64,000 nucleotides of DNA from an uncultured Bacteroidaceae bacterium (GTDB taxonomy: Bacteria; Bacteroidota; Bacteroidia; Bacteroidales; GCA-2748055). The DNA lies in contig CAZLXM010000004.1 in the NCBI GenBank assembly GCA_964563105.1, positions 11,525 through 75,524 of the forward strand, in the 5' to 3' direction. Numbering within the stretch: position 1 is the first letter of the stretch; each line of letters starts with the position of its first letter. The position numbers and the translations under genes were made by a program. Shown piece after piece: positions 9,221 through 19,010 of the stretch. The notes under the pieces were generated by a model, which saw only the letters and a list, made by a program, of their open reading frames with translations, was not told the DNA's origin and ran no database searches.

Positions 9221-11647
9221 ATGAACCCTCAATATACTATCGTTCATAACAAGAAAATGAAAATAAGCTTGTTTATATTGAAAATAATTTTTGGAATAAT
9301 GTTTTGCTCTTTAACAGGCTTTCTCTATTCCCAAAATTATGCCATATCCGGGTATATTACAGATATCAATACAAAAGAAACACTTATAGGGGCAACTGTA
9401 TTTTTACCTGAAAAAGGATTAGGTGTTATAAGTGACCGTTATGGCTATTTTCAACTGGCCGGGCTTTCAAAAGGGAAACACCTCATAAGATTCTCTTATG
9501 TGGGCTATGAAACACAGGAAATGGAAATTGAAATCAAAGACAGAGGGATCACGCTTTCTGATGTTAAAATGATACCACATCCGGTAAATATTGATGAAGC
9601 AATAATTGTTGCGTCCGGCCCCGGCAAAGCTGCCGATAAACAGATTGAAACCAGCATGATCGAAATAAGCCCGAAAATGATACAATCCATTCCAACAGCA
9701 AGGAATGATGTATTTTCAGCTATTAAATTTCTACCTGGAATTGACAGGACCGAACCTTTTTCACCCTTATTTACCGTAAGAGGGGGTGAGCCCGGTGAAA
9801 ACGCAGTTTTACTTGACGGGGTCATGATTTACAATCCTTATCATTCTGCTATTAATTCAGGAATATTTAATACCCAAACCATTAAATCAGTAGATATGCT
9901 TGTAGGAGGATTCGGGGCTGAATTCGGAGGGCGAAATTCCTCAGTCATGTATATTTCAACAAAAGACGGAAACAGTTCGGAATTACACGGAGAAATTGAA
10001 CCAAGCACTTTCCATTCAAAAGCCTTTTTTGAATTCCCTGTTGGGGAGAAAGGGTCCGCAGTAGTAGCAGGCAGATATTTTTTTGACATCTTTTCCTATT
10101 TCGTAATGCAAACTAAAGGTTATTTCTACGATTATAACTTTTCATATACATACCGCTTTAATCCAAGGCACAGGTTCACAGCCAAATATTTCCAGTCACA
10201 TGATCGAAATGTTATTGATATGAATACTTTTTATAAATATATTGATAATACTCTTGGCTGGAATTTGTATGAAGATTTTAGTTTTATTATGACTGACAAA
10301 TGGACAAACAGGGCTGCCACACTTATCCATAACTGGATCTTAAGTCCGGCAGTCTTTATCCGTTCACAACTTTATTATTCCTCACACAGCTCGGAAATTA
10401 ATTCGGAGTTTGATTATCGTCTGCCTGATGTAATTGATGGAGATAGTATTTATACCAATATCCAATTAAAGACCAGTTCGGCATTTAATAACAGGATTGC
10501 CGACATTTCTGCAAAAACACGTATTAATCTGACTCTTGCCAGATTTAACACCTTTACGGCAGGAATGGAATATAATGATTATTCTTTTAGAAATAATGCA
10601 AAAATCAATATGACTGATCAGGGGTCTTTGGCTCACAGACCTTTGCAATGGACAGTATTTGCAGAAGACAAACTGGAAGCCGGTCCGCTTATACTTCGAC
10701 CCGGTATCAGAACTGTTCTTTATAATGATAAAAAGTGGCTTCCTGAACCAAGGTTAAATATGGTTTTAGCTTTGCCGGGAGCATTCAAAGTACGATCAGC
10801 AATAGGAATATATCACCAGTATGTTATAAGTATGAATACCAATGAAATAGAGATGAACCAGACTGTTGATTATTATTTTCCTCTTAGTGGTTACAGTCCC
10901 GGGAAATCAGTTCATTATATAGCAGGTATTGACAAACAGTTAAATCCTTCAAGTATTCTTTCTTTTGACCTCTATTACAAAGATATTCAAAGGGTTTATA
11001 CTTTCGATATTAATCAAACCAATGAAACGGTAGTCACTCTTTCGAACAAACTTCAGCAAGGTTCAGGGAATGCCTATGGTGCAGAATTAATCCTTAAAGG
11101 CGCAAAAAACAATCTTTCGGGCTGGTGCAGTTACGTATTATCCTGGGCTAACCGGAAATATCCGTTTATTTATAATGGCCGTGAATATCCTTACGATTAT
11201 AACCGCAGACATACTTTAAAGATATTGGCAAATTATGCCCTTACAAAGTCACTTGAATATAATACTACATTTACTTACCTTTCCGGAGTTTTCAGAAGTA
11301 TTGAACAGTTGCGTCAGGATTATTTTTATTATGACCCTGTATCAGGAGAATTGAGCATGTTCCCAATTTGGATATCCAATGAAAAAAACAATGCAAAAAT
11401 GCCTGCAATTATAAATCTGGATATGAGTATAAAAAAACGTCTCCGCTCCGGATTTGGGCGTCAGTTTTCAGATCTTATCAATGCCGAAGAATCATATATG
11501 ATGGTGACTATTCGTAATCTGACGTTCTTCAGAAGAAATGTGGAATACTTTTTTCCTGCAACCATTAAGCCTGAAGATACCAGATATCTGCCTATGGGGA
11601 CTAATTATCTTCCTTCGGTTGGATTTAGTTATTCCATTAAATTTTGA
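9221..11647 (+). CDS. TonB-dependent receptor with N-terminal carboxypeptidase-regulatory-like domain
   Basis: 808 aa. It has a signal peptide, with an alternative start at Met13 (9257). The CarboxypepD_reg-like stretch is ISGYITDINTKETLIGATVFLP...YGYFQLAGLSKGKHLIRFSYVGYETQEMEIEI, followed by a plug region and a long beta-barrel ending in ...GFSYSIKF. Confidence 0.85.
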   Translation: MNPQYTIVHNKKMKISLFILKIIFGIMFCSLTGFLYSQNYAISGYITDINTKETLIGATVFLPEKGLGVISDRYGYFQLAGLSKGKHLIRFSYVGYETQEMEIEIKDRGITLSDVKMIPHPVNIDEAIIVASGPGKAADKQIETSMIEISPKMIQSIPTARNDVFSAIKFLPGIDRTEPFSPLFTVRGGEPGENAVLLDGVMIYNPYHSAINSGIFNTQTIKSVDMLVGGFGAEFGGRNSSVMYISTKDGNSSELHGEIEPSTFHSKAFFEFPVGEKGSAVVAGRYFFDIFSYFVMQTKGYFYDYNFSYTYRFNPRHRFTAKYFQSHDRNVIDMNTFYKYIDNTLGWNLYEDFSFIMTDKWTNRAATLIHNWILSPAVFIRSQLYYSSHSSEINSEFDYRLPDVIDGDSIYTNIQLKTSSAFNNRIADISAKTRINLTLARFNTFTAGMEYNDYSFRNNAKINMTDQGSLAHRPLQWTVFAEDKLEAGPLILRPGIRTVLYNDKKWLPEPRLNMVLALPGAFKVRSAIGIYHQYVISMNTNEIEMNQTVDYYFPLSGYSPGKSVHYIAGIDKQLNPSSILSFDLYYKDIQRVYTFDINQTNETVVTLSNKLQQGSGNAYGAELILKGAKNNLSGWCSYVLSWANRKYPFIYNGREYPYDYNRRHTLKILANYALTKSLEYNTTFTYLSGVFRSIEQLRQDYFYYDPVSGELSMFPIWISNEKNNAKMPAIINLDMSIKKRLRSGFGRQFSDLINAEESYMMVTIRNLTFFRRNVEYFFPATIKPEDTRYLPMGTNYLPSVGFSYSIKF

Positions 11648-11652
11648 ACAGC

Positions 11653-12450
11653 ATGAGAAGCATCTTTACAATTATCATATTATTCACTTTAATGGCCTTT
11701 ATGTTTTCCTGCGAATACTATCTTGGCCTGGATCAACAGCCAAAATTTAAAAGCCGGCACTTGGAAGAAGGATTGAATATTTTTGGTTTGCTTCGTCCTG
11801 ATTCATTTGCAGGATTTAACAAATCTTTTGTTTATGTGCATAAAATATTACCTGCCTTGGAGATGGAAGGTTTTTATATCCTGAACAATACAAATGTAAT
11901 AATTGAAAAAACAGATAATGAAGAAGTAAAGGAGACCCTTAATTTTTATCTAACTCCGCCTGGAAGTGCATTTGCAGATACTTCTTATCGCCCGGTAAGC
12001 AATTTTTTACCCCTGGGAGGTGAACGTTACAGATTAACATGCAAATATGAAGGCCTTCCGGATGCAGTCGGTGAAACAATTATTCCCCATAAACCCCAAA
12101 TAATCCCCGGGACATTGGCATTCAAAGGGAAAACGGTTACCTTCTCAATTGCACAAGACAGCCTTAGCGGTTTAATTGAAATTTATCAGTTAATTAATAA
12201 TATTTACCTTCCGCTGTCACGTCAGATACCCTTTCCGGATAAAGAAACAGCGATTGAACTTATTTTGCCCGTTGATCATAAGGATACAAAACTATTGATT
12301 TTCAGCTATGACCATAATATGGCGGTATATATTGGCAATTCGAATATTTCACTGAACTTCAATAAATTTCGCACTACTATTTCAACACTTAAAAGTGGAT
12401 TTGGAGTTTTTGGATCATTGAATTTTAAAGAGATAAATTTATCTCCTTAG
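11653..12450 (+). CDS. DUF4249-like lipoprotein, the usual partner of this TonB receptor class
   Basis: ATG at 11653 gives MRSIFTIIILFTLMAFMFSCEYY, a lipoprotein-type signal with Cys. It lies immediately downstream of the TBDR, whose TGA falls inside the TTG-extended ORF. The family call rests on synteny and size as I recall them. Confidence 0.55.
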   Translation: MRSIFTIIILFTLMAFMFSCEYYLGLDQQPKFKSRHLEEGLNIFGLLRPDSFAGFNKSFVYVHKILPALEMEGFYILNNTNVIIEKTDNEEVKETLNFYLTPPGSAFADTSYRPVSNFLPLGGERYRLTCKYEGLPDAVGETIIPHKPQIIPGTLAFKGKTVTFSIAQDSLSGLIEIYQLINNIYLPLSRQIPFPDKETAIELILPVDHKDTKLLIFSYDHNMAVYIGNSNISLNFNKFRTTISTLKSGFGVFGSLNFKEINLSP

Positions 12451-12542
12451 ACCGGCTCCTGACAGAATATTGAAAATGATTTGATTATCTGATAAACAGT
12501 GAAAGTGCAAGATCAGTGAACCTTAAACTCTTTCAGCAATTT

Positions 12543-13838
12543 TCAATACCTATTCTTCCCAAATTTTAATTTCAGCGACATTCCTCCATATTTTATCCTG
12601 AGATTGAGATTGGTAAGATCATTTAAAGGAACCTGAAAAAACGGCTCGATCAGTATGGAACCCGCCCTGCTGTATGGAAAAGCATAACCGGCCGATAAAT
12701 TAACCAGTCCGAAAAGATCCGCGCGGCTAAAAGAACCATAATTGCTTTGAACCTCTATATTTGTTAAGCGGGTTTCGGAAAAATACATGCCGGTATTTGC
12801 ATCCATTTCTGATCTTGTAAGTTCATTAACAAAATCGGCTACAAAATGCTGATTAAGATAAATCATACTTGAAGCCCCGGCAGAAATAAAAAATTCTGAA
12901 CGTTTTCTTTCTGCAATACTAAACACAACATTTATCGGCAATTCCACTGCCATCATACTTAATTGCCCGTTAAAAGAGTAAGGTATCCCGATGGTGCCGT
13001 CAACAAGTTCAATGTTATAATTTAATTCTGCCGGAACATTACCATTTCCAACTTCAAATGATTGTTTTGCAAATGCAAGGCCCGGACGGAGCGATATATT
13101 TTTTGTAAGCTGCTGATCAAGATAAAATCCCATAGATAATCCTGATCCTGCCGAATTTATGTTTCCGCTCTGTGCAAATAATCCCGAAAAACCTGCCATG
13201 AACATTCTTCCTCTGTAACGTTCTTTTTTTTCAGATGATTTCTTAGTGTACTTAAAGTCTGCTGAACTGTGATCATCATAAATCAGATCAACAGGAATTT
13301 TATTTCCTCTTAATACATCTATTGCGAGAAGATTCTCAAGTTCAGGCAGCCTGTTTTCACTTAATAACTGTTCCCTGTTAATTGGACCGGAAACGGATAT
13401 TTCCTCCTTAGCTGTAAGAACTTCAAATAAGGGGGCCTTTTCTGCAGAGATTTCCTGTATCTCCCCTGCCCTTTTTTCCTTTATATTTTCTTTATTCTCA
13501 AAGCTGTTCAGTGGAATATGTGCAGGACCAACTGCTGTCTTTTTACTTTCATCAGTATCGGACAATCTTTCATAAGGTTGATCCAATGGTTCATCCGCTG
13601 AAATAAGTTCTTGAACAGACGGTCTTATTAATATTCTGTATGCAATTAAAAACCCAAAACCAATGATCAGTAAAAATGATGCAGCCCTTGCTAATAAGAG
13701 TATAACAGATTTAGGCCTGCCAAGGGCATTCCGCTTTGCCAAAAAGGAATTCCAGCCCTCATCAGCAAGATGATCAACATTATAATTGCTGAAAACCTTG
13801 TTTACATTTTCCCTGAATCTCTCATCAAACTGTTTCAT
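12543..13838 (-). CDS. sigma-coupled membrane protein: short cytoplasmic N-terminus, one TM helix, acidic linker, C-terminal OM beta-barrel-like domain (putative anti-sigma)
   Basis: It overlaps the ECF sigma gene by 14 nt. The TM helix is SVILLLARAASFLLIIGFGFLIAY. The linker is E/K-rich. The C-terminal ~200 aa have alternating aromatic and Gly strands (FMAGFSGLFAQSG...SMGFYLDQQL...LRPGLAFAKQSF...YGGMSLKLKF) like the porin-family OMP_b-brl_2 type. Confidence 0.6.
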   Translation of the reverse strand: MKQFDERFRENVNKVFSNYNVDHLADEGWNSFLAKRNALGRPKSVILLLARAASFLLIIGFGFLIAYRILIRPSVQELISADEPLDQPYERLSDTDESKKTAVGPAHIPLNSFENKENIKEKRAGEIQEISAEKAPLFEVLTAKEEISVSGPINREQLLSENRLPELENLLAIDVLRGNKIPVDLIYDDHSSADFKYTKKSSEKKERYRGRMFMAGFSGLFAQSGNINSAGSGLSMGFYLDQQLTKNISLRPGLAFAKQSFEVGNGNVPAELNYNIELVDGTIGIPYSFNGQLSMMAVELPINVVFSIAERKRSEFFISAGASSMIYLNQHFVADFVNELTRSEMDANTGMYFSETRLTNIEVQSNYGSFSRADLFGLVNLSAGYAFPYSRAGSILIEPFFQVPLNDLTNLNLRIKYGGMSLKLKFGKNRY

Positions 13839-14421
13839 TATTCATATTCTCAGGATTAAAATTCATTTTATACAACTCACGTAACATTTTTTTTGCACGT
13901 GCAAGATTAGACCTTGAAGTAGATGTAGAAACATCAAGCATCCGGCCTATTTCCTCATGAGAATATCCTTCAATCTCATAAAGGTTAAAGGTAATCCTGT
14001 AATGCTCAGGTAAACGCTCAAACAAAGAAAGTATTTCATTTGCAGATAATTGAGAACTTATTTCAGGCTCAATGATTTCAGAAACTTCTTCCTCAATTAT
14101 CTGTAAATTGGATGAATACCTCGCATTTTTCCTGTAATTATCAATGGCAGCATTGACCAGGATTTTCCCATACCATGATTTAAAAGATTTGTTAACATCA
14201 AAATCCCTAATATTCCTGAGCACCTTCATATAACTGTCATTAACGATTTCCATAGCTTCAGTCTGGTCTAATGTATATCTTATGCATAACGACATGGCAA
14301 ATGAGAAATAACGTCTGTAGAGTAACTCCTGTGCACGGGACTCCCCTTCACGACAACGCCTGATAAGCTCCAGGTCAGATATTGTCCTTTCATCTTTTTC
14401 AGTTTTACTCATTTCTGTCAT
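13825..14421 (-). CDS. ECF-type RNA polymerase sigma-70 factor
   Basis: 198 aa. Region 2 is ELLYRRYFSFAMSLCIRY...AMEIVNDSYMKVL and region 4 is ITFNLYEIEGYSHEEIGRMLDVSTSTSRSNLARAKKMLRE. Confidence 0.9.
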   Translation of the reverse strand: MTEMSKTEKDERTISDLELIRRCREGESRAQELLYRRYFSFAMSLCIRYTLDQTEAMEIVNDSYMKVLRNIRDFDVNKSFKSWYGKILVNAAIDNYRKNARYSSNLQIIEEEVSEIIEPEISSQLSANEILSLFERLPEHYRITFNLYEIEGYSHEEIGRMLDVSTSTSRSNLARAKKMLRELYKMNFNPENMNNETV

Positions 14422-14489
14422 CCAAACTAAACTTCCTCAAAATAAGTTAATTTGGATGATATTATAATTGAATTATTCATTTTTTTGTC

Positions 14490-15233
14490 TTATCTGAATA
14501 TAAATCCGAATTGGATTTCAATCCGGTTATAACTCGTAATAAGTTCATTAATAGCATTTGCATTCCAATTTTCATCACTTTTGAAAATTGTTTTCTGATT
14601 ACGGTATGCTATTCCAATATTTACAGCATTGTTTCTCCAGGAAGCAAGTTCTATACCAGACCCTGCATTAAACATCGCCCCTCCCCTTGATTCAGTATAT
14701 AAATTAAAATAATTATATCTCTCCTGTGATTTATTAAAAGTAAATGACCAGCCGCCTTTAGTCCATATAAACGGAGAAAATTTTGTTTTTAACAGGTTAT
14801 ATCTCAAATCCAAATACACAGGCAAAAGAATTACTCCATCAAGCTCTTCCAGACCAGTTCCGAAACCGAAACTGATCCCTTTTTTTAACTGGTAGCCATT
14901 TGAAAGGTGAACACTCATATCCCGGATATTCCCTTCACTATTACGACCAGCCAAAACAGAAGCAGAAATTCTTACTGAATAACCCTGCCTGTTGATTGTT
15001 TGTTTTTCAAAACTCCCGGCAGATGTAAGTAGTGATATTTCAGATTTATTGATGGTTACAATCTGCGGAGAAGTTATTTTCAATATAAGATAGTCCAAAG
15101 AATCACCCAGAACAATTCCTTTTAAGCGAAACCCGTCACTTAACACTATTGTTTGTTCTTCTTGCTTTTGTGCTGAAAGAGTAAAAGTTAATGAAACAAA
15201 AATAATAGCTGTATAAATATTTACACCATTCAT
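14490..15233 (-). CDS. predicted outer-membrane beta-barrel protein
   Basis: 247 aa. It has a signal peptide (IFVSLTFTLSAQ), an alternating strand pattern and a C-terminal aromatic residue (...IEIQFGFIFR). It lies 5 nt downstream of the LVIVD gene. Confidence 0.5.
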   Translation of the reverse strand: MNGVNIYTAIIFVSLTFTLSAQKQEEQTIVLSDGFRLKGIVLGDSLDYLILKITSPQIVTINKSEISLLTSAGSFEKQTINRQGYSVRISASVLAGRNSEGNIRDMSVHLSNGYQLKKGISFGFGTGLEELDGVILLPVYLDLRYNLLKTKFSPFIWTKGGWSFTFNKSQERYNYFNLYTESRGGAMFNAGSGIELASWRNNAVNIGIAYRNQKTIFKSDENWNANAINELITSYNRIEIQFGFIFR

Positions 15234-15238
15234 ATATT

Positions 15239-16525
15239 TTATTTTCCACCACCGGATATTGGAATATGGCTTATCTGAATAATATTTTTAGGATTTGAAT
15301 AGTTATATTGAAATATTCCCTTTTCTCCTATAAGCATTAATATACCGTTCATAGGAATTACATCAAAGGCAAAGAAATCGGGATAATGAGCCAGTTTTCT
15401 ATTTATTATATCAAGAGGATCAGACTTATCGAATATTTTTAGTCCGGCCGCACCATCACAAATAAATAACAGGTTAGCGTCAATCCCAAGCCCGTGAGGG
15501 TTGAACATGGGATAAGACTTAACGAGATATGGATTTGTAATTGATGATATATCAATAACCTCCAGCAAATTTTTCCCGTTTGTACACCTCGTACCGGTCC
15601 TGAGGGTTACATACGCATAATTCTCATCAGCCACTACCGGGTCACAAGCTGTAATATGATCATATTGTGAAATAAACCTGGGTTTTGTTGCGTCTGTTAC
15701 ATCATAGATCAGCATGCCTGTAGTTGTTCCTATAAACATTTTTTCTCCAAGCATAAAAAGTGTTTCCATATTACGGGATATGATCAGACTATCCTTAACA
15801 TCCATTTTTTCCCCTTTTTCAACATTTACAGTTTTCAACATCCAGGGGTGCGCAATAACATGAAGATATTTGTCATTAAGCATAAACCTTGCCATTGAAC
15901 CTCCGGTTCCTGCCCCGGCAGACCAGCTTCCTTTACTGTCAGCAGATCCCATCAATACCATATTTTCCCGGTAAATCAATCCGCCCCAATGGCTTCCCGG
16001 CTCATTTTCCTCTGTAACCGACTCAACTTTCCAGTCAATTATAACGCCTTTTGATTTGTCAACCATAGCATAAGGATACCATTGGTCCCCTTCAGGCATT
16101 ATTTCCGGAAAAATATTCTCAATACGGCCAATCTCAACCGGATTGTCTATATCACTTATATCTATGGCAAGCAGGTCTATATAACTATCTGCAAACAGTA
16201 TATTTCCCCTGATAGCAATATCAACGTTACCTTTTATTTCATAAAATCCTTTTTTTTCAGGATTTGCAGGATCAGAGTTATTAATAACATGTATACCCTT
16301 ACCTACTTCATTAACGAACAGATAATTATCCTTAAAATAGATCTTTCCGGGAGTGGAAATTTCAATAGCTTTACTTTTTTTAAAGCTGCTTCGAAATTCT
16401 TTGAAACTCATATAAACCGGCACGTTTGCCTTATATGTGATTCTTTCAATTGTTTTGTCGGTACATCCTGAGAGGGAAGCAAACAGAACAAGAAAAACTA
16501 TTGATATTTTGATAAGAAGTTTCAT
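15239..16525 (-). CDS. LVIVD-repeat beta-propeller lipoprotein
   Basis: The lipoprotein signal is VLFASLSGCTD. It has repeated LVIVD-like units (DLLAIDISDIDNPVEIG, LLEVIDISSITNPYLVKSY, GLKIFDKSDPLD). Confidence 0.7.
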   Translation of the reverse strand: MKLLIKISIVFLVLFASLSGCTDKTIERITYKANVPVYMSFKEFRSSFKKSKAIEISTPGKIYFKDNYLFVNEVGKGIHVINNSDPANPEKKGFYEIKGNVDIAIRGNILFADSYIDLLAIDISDIDNPVEIGRIENIFPEIMPEGDQWYPYAMVDKSKGVIIDWKVESVTEENEPGSHWGGLIYRENMVLMGSADSKGSWSAGAGTGGSMARFMLNDKYLHVIAHPWMLKTVNVEKGEKMDVKDSLIISRNMETLFMLGEKMFIGTTTGMLIYDVTDATKPRFISQYDHITACDPVVADENYAYVTLRTGTRCTNGKNLLEVIDISSITNPYLVKSYPMFNPHGLGIDANLLFICDGAAGLKIFDKSDPLDIINRKLAHYPDFFAFDVIPMNGILMLIGEKGIFQYNYSNPKNIIQISHIPISGGGK

Positions 16526-16719
16526 TGTTGTTTATTAGATATTTAGGTTTATTTTTTTAAATACATAGAGTTCGTTGTTTAATAAGCAGTTTCCTACGTT
16601 TAACAAATTATTAATCGATGTTCGGCGTTAAATATGTATGTTGTATAAAGCTTATATGTAACTGACTATAAATTTGTTTCCGGGTTTTAATTCCTTAGCC
16701 TGGCGATAAATATTTCAGG

Positions 16720-17973
16720 TTAATCTTCCGGATTCATTACCTGCCCGGTAAAAAGCAGAGTATTTGTTGTACGTTCCCGTATTGCAAAGAAAAATGATTT
16801 GTCAATAACGAATTCACGTGGCTGCGGATTAACACTTGTGTATGCTATCCCGATTGTTGTTACTGCAGCAGCTTCAGTTCCTTCTTCATCAACATCAACA
16901 AATGTATTCTGCTTGACAAAGCTTACAAAAATTGATGCGTCAGAAATACCTGACAGATTTGCCTGAAAAGGTATAAAAGCATCAACCATTCCCATGCTTT
17001 GTAACTGGTCATTTAGTATTTTTTCGTAAGTGAATTTAAATTTCGGCATTAAAACTTTAAATTTTTTAAACTCATTAATCATGTCAAATTCAGATGTAAG
17101 CTGACTCCAGGATTGGGGTGTGAATGAAGGATAAAATTCCCTGAGACTCTCTTCCGGAACAATTACAATCATAGTGAAATTGGTACGTCCATAAGGCATT
17201 TCCACTGCTTTGAAATTGCTGCCATAATAAATCTTTGTGCCTGCCTCGCTGCTCATTGTTTTGACATTCAGCGAACTGCCCCTATCAGGGTAAAAAGGGC
17301 GATCCTGTGTAAGAGATTTATCAAACTGATAAGTCCAGTCACCATTAAAATAAAGGGCATTCATTAAAAACATAACTGCTGCAGGATCAATTCTGTCTAA
17401 AACTTTTGGAATTTTTCCATTCGTATTATCATTTGCCCATTTGTTAATTGTGGTTAATGCTGAGGGGCCTGCGAAGTTTAATGCATCAATGGCAGCTTTA
17501 TAATCCTCTCTCATTGTTGCAAGAAATGGAGGTTTAACGTTGAATCCCTCTTTATAAAAAATTGCATTTGCCAAAGCAAACTTCACTTTGGGATCAGCAT
17601 CTAATAATTGGCTGACAAGACTTTTATAAGCTTCATTAATCTCACTGATACTCATTCCGGCCGGATAGGAAAGAGCTCCCTGTAACTGGGTATAAGTATC
17701 TCCGTCGCAACCATTAAGTAACATTGTAAGTGCAGTACTTGCACTAAGAGGTGAAAGCATGAAGTTTTGATCTTCTTCTTCGGCAACTTTTGTGAAAAGT
17801 GTTATACCAAATTCATTACTACTTTGGATAGCCCGGGTTGCAATACTGGTCAGTGTTATTTCTTTTGGAGTTAATAAGGAGGGTTCAGGATCGATATCGT
17901 ATTCATTTGAGCATGAACTTATAAATGCAAATAAAGCTAATCCTCCTAGAAAAAATAATGTATTGTTTTTCAT
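16720..17973 (-). CDS. serpin-family protease inhibitor, predicted lipoprotein
   Basis: 417 aa. The signal is LALFAFISSCSNE, with a lipobox Cys. Serpin core motifs are SPLSASTALTMLLNG and NALYFNGDW. The hinge and reactive-centre loop read VDEEGTEAAAVTTIGIAYTSVNPQPREFVIDKSFFFAIRE. Confidence 0.9.
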   Translation of the reverse strand: MKNNTLFFLGGLALFAFISSCSNEYDIDPEPSLLTPKEITLTSIATRAIQSSNEFGITLFTKVAEEEDQNFMLSPLSASTALTMLLNGCDGDTYTQLQGALSYPAGMSISEINEAYKSLVSQLLDADPKVKFALANAIFYKEGFNVKPPFLATMREDYKAAIDALNFAGPSALTTINKWANDNTNGKIPKVLDRIDPAAVMFLMNALYFNGDWTYQFDKSLTQDRPFYPDRGSSLNVKTMSSEAGTKIYYGSNFKAVEMPYGRTNFTMIVIVPEESLREFYPSFTPQSWSQLTSEFDMINEFKKFKVLMPKFKFTYEKILNDQLQSMGMVDAFIPFQANLSGISDASIFVSFVKQNTFVDVDEEGTEAAAVTTIGIAYTSVNPQPREFVIDKSFFFAIRERTTNTLLFTGQVMNPED

Positions 17974-18268
17974 AATATAATTAATTTAAAATTTAATTTT
18001 CATATGTGAGCTATAACTATATTACGTATAAAACCTTTAAAACGCTGCAAAGCTTAAAACGATCAATATGGGATGGCTAATGAAAAGAGTGGCTTACAAA
18101 GAGTTAAACTTATTATTGATTAAAATTTATACCCTTAGAAAAGGCCGGGATATATTAATAACGGGATTCTGTAATCAAATTATGAAAAAAAATTCAGTAA
18201 ATTTGCCGCTTTAATTTAGAAAATAACAGGAGCTTTTAAAAGATTCTTTAAATAAAAAATAAAGTAAT

Positions 18269-18607
18269 ATGAAAATAATTGACTGGAAAGAACTTGGCAT
18301 TGAAGAAACCCCGCATAAGGTGGATGTTCGTAAACTTTATGATTACAACAATGCCCAGGTTATGCATATAACACTTAATCCCGGAGAAACGCTTAAACCT
18401 CACATTACACCTGTTGATGTCTTTTTTTATATTCTTGAGGGAGATGTTGATGTACGTGTTGGAAATGAAACTATAACTATTGGCTGCGACAAACTGGTTG
18501 AAAGCCCGAAAGATATTGTGCACTGTCTGTCGAACAACTCTGAATCTGTAGCACGCATTATGGTTGTAAAGGCACCAAAGCCGGTTACATCAACGAGGCT
18601 GCTCTGA
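18269..18607 (+). CDS. cupin-domain protein
   Basis: 112 aa. HITLNPGETLKPHITPVDVFFYILEGDVDVRVG fits a cupin motif 1/2 layout. The last ~8 codons overlap the IS remnant ORF. Confidence 0.7.
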   Translation: MKIIDWKELGIEETPHKVDVRKLYDYNNAQVMHITLNPGETLKPHITPVDVFFYILEGDVDVRVGNETITIGCDKLVESPKDIVHCLSNNSESVARIMVVKAPKPVTSTRLL

Positions 18608-19010
18608 GACAGCCCTCCTTTAAAAAGAATTTTAATTGACTTTGTCCGGGTGGCCCATCAACCTGAATTGCATAAGCTCTCCTTTTACTTCTCAGCGGCC
18701 CATAGATGTCCAACATGCTTATAAGGTCGATTCTTACCAGTGAAGCCACTAAGGAAAAGGCTTTCTTTACCGCCGCCATTTTTTGAATTACCGTTAAAAA
18801 TAATTGTGCTATCAATGTATACCATATTTGTATAATGGTTAAAAGATGTGTTCCGGTCTTAAATGCCTTGTAATAACGGTCACTTTTGAACTTTTTGATC
18901 AAACTTTGCATGTTTACAGCTTCCGTCAATTTGAAAATTTGTTTCAAAAAGGGCTGTCCGACAAAACAAATCCCTTTATCTTTGCTCATATTGTATTTTA
19001 TTTTTGCCAA
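18585..19010 (-). pseudogene. IS4-family transposase remnant (DUF4372-type N-terminus fused to C-terminal tail; DDE core deleted)
   Basis: The 141-aa ORF has an N-terminal part, FVGQPFLKQIFKLTEAVNMQSLIKKFKSDRYYKAFKTGTHLLTI, that looks like the N-terminus of Bacteroidota IS4 transposases. The segment IWYTLIAQLFLTVIQKMAAVKKAFSLVASLVRIDLISMLDIY looks like their extreme C-terminus. The ~300-aa catalytic part between them is missing. Confidence 0.6.
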
